Below, piece by piece: positions 1 to 8,202 of a DNA stretch of 40,000 bases. Every line of letters begins with the position of its first letter. Positions within the stretch are counted from its first letter, which is position 1. Made by a program: the position numbers and the translations under genes. The DNA lies in contig CAMTIM010000060.1 in assembly GCA_947072565.1 (NCBI GenBank), positions 3,613-43,612 on the forward strand, written 5' to 3'. Source of the DNA: an uncultured Peptostreptococcaceae bacterium (lineage in GTDB: Bacteria; Bacillota; Clostridia; Peptostreptococcales; Peptostreptococcaceae). A model generated the notes under the pieces. The model saw only the letters and a list, made by a program, of their open reading frames with translations. It did not search any database and was not told the DNA's origin.

Positions 1-576
1 ACTTTTAACCAATGACATTTCATCATCAGAAAAATATAATCCATCCTTATAATTGTCTTCATTATTGAACACAACTAAGTATTTATCGTCTATTCTATCA
101 TAAATATTTACTATCATTCCTGTAACAATCCTATCATTTATAAATACCATTACAGCATCTCCGATTTTGAAATCTTTCGTATAATCTTCTTTTTCATTCT
201 TTTTATATTTCCATTTATATTTACAACTCTTACACTCACAAGTATATTCTTTAGCGAAAGGAGTGTATAATATTAATCCAAACGCTATAATGCCCATAAT
301 TGGGATAAGTATCCATAGAAACGGTATAAATATCAATAAAGGAGTTGCCATTAACATTGCTATGCCGATAACGCCCGGCTTGATTTCTCCTATAGCCATA
401 CTACCGCAGTTAGGGCACTTTATTTGTTCTTTAGTATGTGCATTTTCTTTTTGTCCAGTAGATTGGTATTTCGCAGCTTGATTCATTAAGCAAGCAAAAC
501 ATAAACCTTCTCCTTCATTGTAACTTTCTTTATCCATTTCAAACCCACATTTATCACATTTATATTCTTTTTTCAT
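1..576 (-). CDS. Zn-ribbon membrane protein, partial (C-terminus lies beyond window start)
   Basis: Minus-strand frame open from ATG 576-574 (AAAGGGG RBS upstream) to nt 1; CDKC..CFAC and CPNC cysteine pairs, long hydrophobic stretch (IGIAMLMATPLLIFIPFLWILIPIMGIIAFGLIL); absent from ORF track because no stop in window. Confidence 0.6.
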   Translation of the reverse strand, partial: MKKEYKCDKCGFEMDKESYNEGEGLCFACLMNQAAKYQSTGQKENAHTKEQIKCPNCGSMAIGEIKPGVIGIAMLMATPLLIFIPFLWILIPIMGIIAFGLILYTPFAKEYTCECKSCKYKWKYKKNEKEDYTKDFKIGDAVMVFINDRIVTGMIVNIYDRIDDKYLVVFNNEDNYKDGLYFSDDEMSLVKS

Positions 577-780
577 TTCGCACCCCTTTTATTTGCTTTT
601 TTTCATAATTGCATTTTTTAGTTTTAGTCATTTATAGATACCTCCCCTTAATAATTATATTATATCGTTTTACATCTCAAATAAACACAGTAAATTATTT
701 TAATCAGGACGTGCAAGTTTCTGCATACAGAATCATACAATATATTAGAAAGTAATTAATATTATTAGAAAGGAGAAGTT

Positions 781-963
781 ATGACTAAACGAAAACAATC
801 CTTAAAACAACCAATAAGTTTCAAAGAAAATGTAAGAGATTTAGCTATTTATAATTATTTACTATCTATTAAAAATACACTTGGCAGAAGCAACTATGTG
901 AAAATGCTAGTTGAAGAAGATATGAGAAAAAAGGGTTTATGGAAAAATGAATACGATGATTAA
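781..963 (+). CDS. Small ribbon-helix-helix-like DNA-binding protein (60 aa)
   Basis: GAAAGGAG RBS before ATG; strand-helix-helix layout (QPISFK / VRDLAIYNYL / SNYVKMLVEEDM) like CopG/Arc proteins; family call by eye only. Confidence 0.5.
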   Translation: MTKRKQSLKQPISFKENVRDLAIYNYLLSIKNTLGRSNYVKMLVEEDMRKKGLWKNEYDD

Positions 964-1217
964 AAATTAAAAGAGCCAAGGGATTGCACTCCACAAGGCT
1001 CAATACACAAACTATAATAAAATATTATAATTCTCTAATATTTTCTACAAATATTATAAGAAAACCTTCTAAAACTTCAAAACTATTTCTAATTAACTTA
1101 TCTTAGTTCAAAATTCACACCTACACTTATACTAAAGATAAAGAATACTTCTAAGAAGCTTAAGATACCAAAATAGTAGAAAAGTATTAAAGAGTTATAA
1201 AAAATAGGAGATTTAAA

Positions 1218-1388
1218 ATGAAAGAATTTAAAACTATATTAGATTTAACTGGTAATCTGCATTTAATACCACAAGTAATAGCTATAGACGTGCTAAAAAG
1301 AGTTACAGATTGGTTAGTAACTCCAGGTGCAAGCATAGATGATGATTATATTAAAAGACAATTGGACTATGCAAGTAAATTTATTTAA
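1218..1388 (+). CDS. Hypothetical small protein (56 aa)
   Basis: ATG preceded by TAGGAG RBS; open 57 codons; below the 60-aa cut-off of the ORF track. Confidence 0.45.
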   Translation: MKEFKTILDLTGNLHLIPQVIAIDVLKRVTDWLVTPGASIDDDYIKRQLDYASKFI

Positions 1389-1446
1389 TTAACATTTCTA
1401 ATGCAGTACCTACAATTCCAAAAACACTAAACCAAAGAAAATCCAT
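1381..1446 (-). CDS. Candidate 21-aa hydrophobic peptide MDFLWFSVFGIVGTALEMLIK (type I toxin-like)
   Basis: GGAGG RBS (1459-1455) 8 nt from ATG (1446-1444); single predicted TM helix; 3' end overlaps stop region of convergent ORF 1218-1388. Confidence 0.3.
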   Translation of the reverse strand: MDFLWFSVFGIVGTALEMLIK

Positions 1447-1511
1447 ATATAACACCTCCAGATAAAAATTATTATGAAATTATTTTAACCAAATAAAAAG
1501 GAGATTATACA

Positions 1512-1904
1512 ATGAAAATATTATTAAATGGATACACAGTTACAGAGCATATAAAAACAAAAAGAAAAGAAGTTAAGTTAGCTAGCAAAATATTAAACAA
1601 TATAAAATCTAACAAGATTATGTATTCTAAAGTTGTACTATCAACAGCTTTAATTATGCATATTAACATAAATATATTTGCTATTGATACAGCTACAACT
1701 ATGGATAATACATTTAAACAATTGATAGACTTACTTTTAAGTTTTGCTAAATGGGGATGCTTAGGGATGGGTCTTAAAAGTTCTATAGAAAGTATGTTGA
1801 ATGGAGGTAACTTTAAGCAAGCTAGTATGGCCGGAATACAATATTGGCTAGCTTATATATTTCTTCAATTGTATCCTAAACTATTTGATATGATTAAACT
1901 TTAA
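1512..1904 (+). CDS. Membrane protein with VirB2/TrbC pilin-like layout (130 aa)
   Basis: AAAGGAG RBS; internal signal-like segment (MYSKVVLSTALIMHININIFA) followed by two hydrophobic helices (LLLSFAKWGCLGMGL, IQYWLAYIFLQLY); first gene of a 3-gene operon. Confidence 0.55.
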   Translation: MKILLNGYTVTEHIKTKRKEVKLASKILNNIKSNKIMYSKVVLSTALIMHININIFAIDTATTMDNTFKQLIDLLLSFAKWGCLGMGLKSSIESMLNGGNFKQASMAGIQYWLAYIFLQLYPKLFDMIKL

Positions 1905-1919
1905 AGGGAGGCCTCTATT

Positions 1920-2183
1920 ATGAAATTTCTTAATTTTGATTATTTTGAAACGCATAAGTTTTTTGGATGGATTGAAGATTGGATTCATGGGTGGTTTGAA
2001 AAAACAATGCATACAACTTTACAAACAATAAGTGATGTAAGCTTTAATGCCTGCTTGTTAGTTGGATTAATAGCTTTTATATTATATATATTTGGCTGGG
2101 AAAAAGGTAAAAAGATTGCAATTATTAGTCCTGTAATATATATACTTATTAAAATAGTAGGGGAGTTGGTATTCGGTGTTTAA
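1920..2183 (+). CDS. Small membrane protein (87 aa), VirB3-like position
   Basis: GGGAGG RBS; two hydrophobic segments (ACLLVGLIAFILYIFGW, IAIISPVIYILIKIVGELVF); overlaps next gene by 8 nt. Confidence 0.55.
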   Translation: MKFLNFDYFETHKFFGWIEDWIHGWFEKTMHTTLQTISDVSFNACLLVGLIAFILYIFGWEKGKKIAIISPVIYILIKIVGELVFGV

Positions 2184-4470
2184 TAAAAATAAAATCAAAT
2201 CTATGTCAGCTGATAAATACTTCGAAGTCAAAAGAACTGAATATGTAACTGTTCAATTAATTCCAACTAAATCAAATAAAAACAATCAAACTGATAATAT
2301 AGCTTGTTTAATAAATAAAATACACATGAAGTTTAATAATGTAATGAGAATAGAAGATAAAAAGTTAATAATAACTCACCGCATGAAGGTGGGTTATTAT
2401 ATTCATATAACAAAAGAAGAAGTTCAATTCTTTTTTATATTGCCAAAGGTCCATATAATTAAATTTAAATCTAAGTTTGCAGAAACTTGGAGAAATATAG
2501 AGATGAAAGAAGTTGAAAGTATCCCTATAGATATAAGTACATGCACAAAATATCAATTGAAATATAAAATGAATGATGCTCTTAGTTTGAAATCAGATAA
2601 AAGAAACAATGATTTATTAAAAGCTAATATGTCCGTCTTAGAAATTTTAGAAACAGGAGAAAGTGTAGGTGTATTGTATAATTTTATACCTACTGCAGAA
2701 AAAGAAACTAATTATTTTAAAACTATAACTTATAAGCAAGCTATAGAAAAATATAAAAATGGTGAAAACTTAAAGAAGACTAAAAACATAATAGATCTTG
2801 GTATAATTTCTATAAAATTTTTAATAGATTGCATAAATGAATTGCTAAATACTATGATAAATAGTTCTAAAAATAACAATAGTGTATTTCTTTCTTCAAA
2901 TAAGGAAATCTCTTCTAGCACTCAAAGAAAAGCTAAAAATGATATATGCAAAACACAAATAGTTATATTGAGTAAATCTTATAAAAAAGATAAAGAGAAA
3001 CATCTTGCAATATGTGCATGCAACAGCTTTAAGAGCATAAGTGATGATAACGAATTGGTTTATAAAGAAATAAAAAGAAATATAAATACAAACTTAGTTC
3101 AAATAGATAATGTTGAGGTTAATTATACAACAGAAGAAGAGTGCTCCAATTTTATAAGTATCCCAGGTAAAGATATTATAGATAATTTTAAAGCTATAGA
3201 ACATAATAAAATATTAGAAACAAAAGCGCCTAAGTGTTTAGAAAATGGAGAAATTAGAATAGGAACAGTTAAATGCAAAGATAATAGTCAAGAAACTTTT
3301 TATAGTAACGATAGACAAATAAAAAGACTTGGAAGAATATTACTTGGTCCAATGGGCGCCGGGAAAGACTACTATATGACTAATCTAGCTAAAGACATAA
3401 TAGACTCAAATAGAGGGCTTATCGTCTTAGACTATATAGATAAATGCCAACTATCAGATGGGATAAAGGCTATAACTCCAAAAGATAAGTTAATAGAAAT
3501 AGATTGTTCAGATATAAATCAATTACAGTCATTTGCATATAATGAGCTTAGTTATAATATAAATGATGATAAATATTCAAAAGTGTCTATTTGTATGCAG
3601 AAAGCTCAACAATTAGAACTACTACTAAATAGTATAAATGATGTTAATTCACAATTGACACCAAGAATGCTTAGATATTTGTATGCAGCAGCTACAGTTA
3701 TGTTTTATAAAAAAATAAATGCAAGTTTTAAAGATGTTATTGATATTTTAAAAAATCCTAGCAAAAGAGATAAGTTGATAAATTCATTAGATACTGAAAC
3801 AATAAGCCTGTTATCTGATGAATTAGAGGATTTAGAAGAATTATCTAAAAGAGATAAAAATAAACCTGTAGAAAATGCAGATACTAAAATTGACGGTATC
3901 TTAGATAGAATAAGCAGACTTAAGAGTGCTAGCTTATTTACTAGATTAGCATTTAATAATGATAGTACTGATAATATAGATTTCATAAAGGCTATAAATG
4001 AGAAAAAGGTTATATTAATTAAAATACCAGAAAAACATTTCAACTCTAAAATGCTAAGAAATATATTAGCTACATTCTATCTTAGTAAAGTTTGGCTAGC
4101 TAAACAACAAGGAGCAACGGAATCTCATACAGAAATATTTGTAAATGAGATACATCAAAGTTACAATTGTCAATTACTTATGGAAGATATTTTAGTTGAA
4201 TGTAGAAAGTTTAATTTGACACCAACGCTAGCAATGCATTACTTAGGCCAAGGAACAAACAAACTTAAAAATAGTATACTCGCATCTGGATCCTCGTATC
4301 TTTTATTAACTGGATGTGATATAAAAGCATTTCAAGAATTACAAGTATACTTTCAAAAAGACGGTTATGAAGAAAGCGATTTAACTGAACTAGAAAGATA
4401 TCATGCTCTTTGCTTGATTAAAAATGAAGAAACCAACTACAGTGCATTTGTGGCAAAGCTACCTTCTTGA
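2176..4470 (+). CDS. Large P-loop NTPase (764 aa); C-terminal half resembles HerA/FtsK/VirB4/T4CP ATPases
   Basis: Walker A GPMGAGKD (nt 3346-3369); later IFVNE (Walker B-like) and RKFNLTPTLAMHYLGQ motifs; no TM segments; translationally coupled to upstream membrane genes. Confidence 0.75.
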   Translation: MFNKNKIKSMSADKYFEVKRTEYVTVQLIPTKSNKNNQTDNIACLINKIHMKFNNVMRIEDKKLIITHRMKVGYYIHITKEEVQFFFILPKVHIIKFKSKFAETWRNIEMKEVESIPIDISTCTKYQLKYKMNDALSLKSDKRNNDLLKANMSVLEILETGESVGVLYNFIPTAEKETNYFKTITYKQAIEKYKNGENLKKTKNIIDLGIISIKFLIDCINELLNTMINSSKNNNSVFLSSNKEISSSTQRKAKNDICKTQIVILSKSYKKDKEKHLAICACNSFKSISDDNELVYKEIKRNINTNLVQIDNVEVNYTTEEECSNFISIPGKDIIDNFKAIEHNKILETKAPKCLENGEIRIGTVKCKDNSQETFYSNDRQIKRLGRILLGPMGAGKDYYMTNLAKDIIDSNRGLIVLDYIDKCQLSDGIKAITPKDKLIEIDCSDINQLQSFAYNELSYNINDDKYSKVSICMQKAQQLELLLNSINDVNSQLTPRMLRYLYAAATVMFYKKINASFKDVIDILKNPSKRDKLINSLDTETISLLSDELEDLEELSKRDKNKPVENADTKIDGILDRISRLKSASLFTRLAFNNDSTDNIDFIKAINEKKVILIKIPEKHFNSKMLRNILATFYLSKVWLAKQQGATESHTEIFVNEIHQSYNCQLLMEDILVECRKFNLTPTLAMHYLGQGTNKLKNSILASGSSYLLLTGCDIKAFQELQVYFQKDGYEESDLTELERYHALCLIKNEETNYSAFVAKLPS

Positions 4471-4489
4471 TATAGGATGGTAGCTTTTT
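4455..4489 (+). terminator. Intrinsic terminator of the ATPase operon
   Basis: Perfect 9-bp stem AAAGCTACC/GGTAGCTTT enclosing the stop codon, followed by T-run. Confidence 0.6.
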
Positions 4490-4520
4490 ATGAGTAGATT
4501 TAACTAAATCTGCTCATAAA
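4487..4520. repeat. Long inverted repeat (about 15-16-nt arms, one G.T) directly after the terminator
   Basis: TTTATGAGTAGATTT..AAATCTGCTCATAAA; no T-run on either strand, so not a canonical terminator. Confidence 0.5.
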
Positions 4521-4711
4521 ACACATCAAAAAGGCTAAATCTAAAAAGTATAGACTTAGCCCAAGTAACTCAACCCTATTAACTTAATCGTTCATATATA
4601 TACCAAACAAGTTTGTAACGCTCCGCTTATATATTCACTTGTTAATATGAGTGTATGCGAACAACTTCTAAAATGTGCATGTATTAACATAAAAAATAAA
4701 TTTTATATACT

Positions 4712-4738
4712 AAAAAAGACTAGAGATAATTTCTAGTC
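4712..4738 (-). terminator. Intrinsic terminator of the parMR operon
   Basis: Stem GACTAGA/TCTAGTC followed (minus strand) by T-run; lies just downstream of parR stop. Confidence 0.6.
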
Positions 4739-4771
4739 CTGATTAGAATAACAAAATCTACTTTTTATTTT

Positions 4772-5020
4772 CTAAAAAGGATTTTTAGTTGGATCAAATT
4801 CAAATATCTTTTTAGGTTCTTCTTTTATTTCTTTTTCTTCATTTTCATCTTTAATAATCTCTATCTTTTCTTCACTTTTAATATTTGTTCCTCTAGTTTC
4901 ATTCATAACTTCCCATAGCAACTCTTTTATATAAGCAGTAGGTGCTAACTTACTTTCTAAAAACTTTTCTATTGATTTTTCCTGTTCATTATTTTTAAAT
5001 GTTAATACTACTCTACTCAT
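4772..5020 (-). CDS. parR: ParR-like RHH centromere-binding adaptor (82 aa)
   Basis: Immediately downstream of parM in the same operon; N-terminal RVVLTF strand + helices (RHH-like), acidic/lysine-rich tail. Confidence 0.6.
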   Translation of the reverse strand: MSRVVLTFKNNEQEKSIEKFLESKLAPTAYIKELLWEVMNETRGTNIKSEEKIEIIKDENEEKEIKEEPKKIFEFDPTKNPF

Positions 5021-5031
5021 TAAAATCCTCC

Positions 5032-5928
5032 TTAAAATCTAGCATCTGCTATTATTTTATATCCTTTAGCATTTGCAAAAATATCACTAACTAATATTGT
5101 ACTTGAATATCTTTCTACAAATGAACCGTACATCATTGTAGCTCCACCACCACATAATAATATTTGATGTGATGCTAAATCATATTCTAATTCTAAATCA
5201 TTTATAATCTTATTTAATTCACTTATTATTACATCATTAATAAATGACATATCTTTTTGTTCTCCATTTATTAATAAGACTCTTGTTTCAAACATTTCTA
5301 TAACTTCTTCTAATGTCTTTCTAGTATTATATTTTGTATTTATAGCATTTCTAACTTCTTTATAAACATTATGAGTTCCTACAAATAACGAATTTGGTTT
5401 TTCTAATCCTCTTGATCCTTCATTTTTATATTTAAATATACAACAATCTGTTGTTCTACTTCCAATATCTACAAGTAATACATCTTTCTTGTCTATTTGT
5501 TGTTTCATTTTTTCATCTAATGAATTGAATATAGCAACACCTTCTGGATAAACATCAAACTTTTCTATTATTAAGTTTCTAGTTTTGCCATTCCATACAA
5601 CTTTCAACGTTGAATTTTCATCTATTAATTTTTTTAATGAGTCACCATGTGTTTTAAATTGGCTTATTGGCAATCCAATAACTATATTATTATTAACTTT
5701 ATCACTTGATTTACATATTGCAGCAACTAAAAGAGGTATATAGTTTGTTTTTTCAAATTTAATATTTTTATGTTCATATTGACCTTGTTCTATGTAGTAT
5801 ATTTTATCATTCATTTCTAATACATCACATTCTGTCATGAATGGTTCTAATTGTGATACTCTAGCATCAAAGATGATTCCTTCACTTGTTTTTCCCAATT
5901 GATTTCCTATATCTATACCTAAATTCAT
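5032..5928 (-). CDS. parM: ParM/Alp-type actin-like plasmid segregation ATPase
   Basis: Actin-fold phosphate motifs GIDIGN, LLVDIGSRTTD, CGGGA; start moved to ATG 5928 (GGAGG RBS 9 nt upstream) instead of the TTG at 5937. Confidence 0.85.
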   Translation of the reverse strand: MNLGIDIGNQLGKTSEGIIFDARVSQLEPFMTECDVLEMNDKIYYIEQGQYEHKNIKFEKTNYIPLLVAAICKSSDKVNNNIVIGLPISQFKTHGDSLKKLIDENSTLKVVWNGKTRNLIIEKFDVYPEGVAIFNSLDEKMKQQIDKKDVLLVDIGSRTTDCCIFKYKNEGSRGLEKPNSLFVGTHNVYKEVRNAINTKYNTRKTLEEVIEMFETRVLLINGEQKDMSFINDVIISELNKIINDLELEYDLASHQILLCGGGATMMYGSFVERYSSTILVSDIFANAKGYKIIADARF

Positions 5929-5945
5929 AATACACAACCTCCAAA

Positions 5946-6107
5946 TTTTATAAAATTTTATAACGTTTGATTATATTTTATAAAATTTTGTAAAATATGT
6001 CAACATATTTTTTAATAAACATAATAATATTTTATAAAATTATGCAATTTTTTATAAAACTTTAACATTGCCGTATAAATCAAATCACAATATTTTTATA
6101 AAATTTT
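5946..6107. repeat. Five copies of TTTTATAAAA(T/C)TTT-type motif: candidate parC centromere/parMR promoter
   Basis: Copies start near 5946, 5976, 6030, 6050, 6094, between rep terminator and parM start. Confidence 0.55.
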
Positions 6108-6122
6108 AACATTTTTTACAAA

Positions 6123-6149
6123 ATAAAAACACATAAATTAATTTATGTG
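6123..6149 (-). terminator. Intrinsic terminator after rep
   Basis: Stem CACATAAA/TTTATGTG followed on the minus strand by T-run; 22 nt downstream of rep stop. Confidence 0.55.
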
Positions 6150-6170
6150 CCTTCAAAATCTATATTTTAT

Positions 6171-7316
6171 TTACTTAAATTTATCTTTTTGACTTTCTAA
6201 AAGAATTTTTTCAAGTTCATCTGGATTATACTTATTAAAAGTTTGATTTATATTGTGGAATCTAGTTTTAACAGTTGGAATAGTTTTCTCATTTTTATTA
6301 TCTTTTGAATTAATCTTATTTTCTAAAGTTTTTTTAAAATAATTATAAGAATTAACTTTAATTTTTTCTTCGTCATCTTTTTCTAAAGTTGTTAAAATAG
6401 ATTCTTGTAATGCTTTTTTATTTTCTTTTTCTTTAAAATCATAATTACTAAAGTCGCTTATAAAATTTGCAAGAGTTTTTATTGTAAATAATTTTTTGTT
6501 TGGAACATAAAAATCATTAGTGTTGTCTTTAATTACAGCTAGATCTTCTTTTATTATATTTTTTGTTGTTTCTTCTTTAATAATTTTATTGTCCTTTTTT
6601 ATCATATTTAAATTATCAAAATATTTTCTTTTATCTTTATCATTTACCATAAAGTTTATTGAATCTATACTTCTTCCAGCTCTTTTTTCTTCAAATGTAA
6701 TTTCAAAATATCCAGTATCGTTCAATTCTTCTATTGCTGGAACTAATACACGTCTTTTAAAATTATTATATTCGCTATATTTATTTTCTAACAATAAAAT
6801 CTTTCTAATATAGTCTAATTTATAATTTATAACATTTTTTGTTCCGCTCCACATTCTTAATAAATCATAAAACCTTTGTGCATAAGTATTTTTCAGTGAC
6901 ATAAAAATTTCTAAATTAACAGGAGTATAACCATCTTCTAGATACTTATTTAATAATCTATGTACTTCTGCATCTGCTGTTATTGTAAAACTATCTGATC
7001 TATCATTGTATACTGCTTTATTTATAAACCCAGCTATTATATAATCTCTACTTCCATCTTCTTTTATATTCGCTAGGTTTAATTTTTTACATCTAAGTTC
7101 TTCTAATATGCTCATAAGTCCTTTAAGTGTATTTTCATTTTTCCTTAGTACAAACCTTGATAATTCGCTTCTCTTTACTTCATGTACTAAATTTTCTGCA
7201 TCAGTATTCTTTTGAAAAGCATATAGCAAATATGTAAATATTCTATTATGTACTAATTTTGCATCATATTTTGAGCCTACTATATTATTATTTTTCATTA
7301 ATATTCTATTTTCCAT
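6171..7316 (-). CDS. Rep_3 (RepB/initiator replication protein) family plasmid replication initiator
   Basis: Typical Rep_3 features (N-terminal NNIV..L...H.RIF.YLL, YAQRFYDLL, FKRRVLVPAIEELN); start set to ATG 7316 (AAAGGGG RBS 8 nt upstream) rather than GTG 7325; iterons upstream. Confidence 0.8.
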   Translation of the reverse strand: MENRILMKNNNIVGSKYDAKLVHNRIFTYLLYAFQKNTDAENLVHEVKRSELSRFVLRKNENTLKGLMSILEELRCKKLNLANIKEDGSRDYIIAGFINKAVYNDRSDSFTITADAEVHRLLNKYLEDGYTPVNLEIFMSLKNTYAQRFYDLLRMWSGTKNVINYKLDYIRKILLLENKYSEYNNFKRRVLVPAIEELNDTGYFEITFEEKRAGRSIDSINFMVNDKDKRKYFDNLNMIKKDNKIIKEETTKNIIKEDLAVIKDNTNDFYVPNKKLFTIKTLANFISDFSNYDFKEKENKKALQESILTTLEKDDEEKIKVNSYNYFKKTLENKINSKDNKNEKTIPTVKTRFHNINQTFNKYNPDELEKILLESQKDKFK

Positions 7317-7353
7317 TTTAAACACCCCTTTGTATTAAGAATATCATATTTTA

Positions 7354-7409
7354 TTAATACGTACAACTTTTTTTTTTGTACGTATTAAGGTATCAATTTG
7401 TACGTATTA
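7354..7409. promoter_or_regulatory. rep operator/origin element: perfect 12-bp inverted repeat plus third direct copy
   Basis: TTAATACGTACA (7354-7365) / TGTACGTATTAA (7377-7388), then TGTACGTATTA again at 7399-7409. Confidence 0.5.
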
Positions 7410-7450
7410 CTTTTTTGTACTTAGGTAATTTCAATAGATTAAGGCATGTC

Positions 7451-7494
7451 TAAATACTATTAAATACTATTAAATACTATTAAATACTATTAAA
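7451..7494. repeat. Tandem 10-bp iterons TAAATACTAT x4 (+ partial fifth)
   Basis: Exact head-to-tail copies at 7451, 7461, 7471, 7481, upstream of the Rep_3 gene. Confidence 0.75.
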
Positions 7495-7530
7495 GAAGAT
7501 GTTACTACTTTTTTAGAATAAATATTAAAT

Positions 7531-7556
7531 AAAAAAACACCAATAAAAATTGATGT
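7531..7556 (-). terminator. Intrinsic terminator of the XRE/small-HTH operon
   Basis: Stem ACATCAAT/ATTGGTGT (minus-strand sense, one G.U) followed by T-run, starts right after stop of 7557-7727. Confidence 0.5.
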
Positions 7557-7727
7557 TTAATTTGAATCTTTATTCAGCTTTTTTAATTCTTGTGTTATAA
7601 GATAGTCTGAAATTAATTTTGGGTCTATACCGAAATCTTTTGCTAATTGTATAATACAAGTTAAGTTTGGATTCTTTAATTCATTTATTGTGCATAGTTG
7701 ATCTTTTGTAAGTTTATTAATACTCAT
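7557..7727 (-). CDS. Small putative HTH protein (56 aa)
   Basis: GGGGGA RBS before ATG 7727; helix-turn-helix-like LTCIIQLAKDFGIDPKLISDYL; below ORF-track cut-off. Confidence 0.5.
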   Translation of the reverse strand: MSINKLTKDQLCTINELKNPNLTCIIQLAKDFGIDPKLISDYLITQELKKLNKDSN

Positions 7728-7773
7728 GTATCTTTATCCCCCTAAATACCGTATTTATTATTATAGTAGCATA

Positions 7774-8001
7774 TTATAGTAAATTTTGGTATTTCATTTC
7801 TTTTTCAATTAAATTACCTGCTAAACTCTTTGGATCTATATCTAGAGCTAAAGCTAATGCGATAATTTGTTTAAGAGTAGGACTATGTATAATATTAGAA
7901 TTTTCTAATTTAGAAATATAGCTTTGGCTTACACCAGACACCGAACTTAGTTTTCTTTGCGACCACCCTTTTTTAACTCTTTCCGTTTCAAGCATCTTCA
8001 A
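7774..8001 (-). CDS. XRE-family HTH transcriptional regulator (75 aa)
   Basis: Canonical XRE motif GWSQRKLSSVSGVSQSYISKLE. Confidence 0.85.
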   Translation of the reverse strand: MKMLETERVKKGWSQRKLSSVSGVSQSYISKLENSNIIHSPTLKQIIALALALDIDPKSLAGNLIEKEMKYQNLL

Positions 8002-8188
8002 CGCCTCCCTATAATGTCATTATATATCAAATACTGTCGAATGATTCATCGTACGAATCACTTTGGCAAAGGTAATTTATGGTAACATAAATATATAAGA
8101 TATATAGGAGCTCGATTATTTTATAGGGTTAATATATAAATAAATCATTATATTTTTAGAAGTTTTATATAAAATCTGTATTTTTATT

Positions 8189-8202
8189 GGAACTAGTGTT
8201 CG
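8189..8202. promoter_or_regulatory. Candidate LexA (Cheo/DinR) box GGAACTAGTGTTCG
   Basis: Matches GAAC-N4-GTTC core; sits 10 nt upstream of a plus-strand TTGATT-17-TAATAT promoter (8213-8241). Confidence 0.35.

Noticed and set aside
263-481. Tracked 72-aa plus-strand ORF
   Set aside because: It lies entirely antisense to a longer, better-supported minus-strand ORF (1-576) that has an RBS and Zn-ribbon/TM features. It has no RBS of its own and its composition is Ile/Asn/Pro-rich and low in complexity.
560-631. 23-aa minus-strand upstream ORF (MTKTKKCNYEKKQIKGVRNEKRI) with a strong GGGGAGG RBS, overlapping the start of the Zn-ribbon gene
   Set aside because: Too short, with no recognisable features. 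It could be a leader peptide, but the sequence alone gives no support, so it is not reported as a gene.
2365-4043. Three tracked minus-strand ORFs (2365-2556, 2730-2921, 3705-4043) inside the ATPase gene
   Set aside because: They are antisense shadows of a long AT-rich coding region, have no RBS, and are Phe/Ser/Leu/Ile-rich translations typical of the reverse complement of Lys/Glu/Asn-rich genes.
6520-6813. Tracked 97-aa plus-strand ORF inside rep
   Set aside because: It is antisense to the Rep_3 gene, with hydrophobic low-complexity composition and no RBS.
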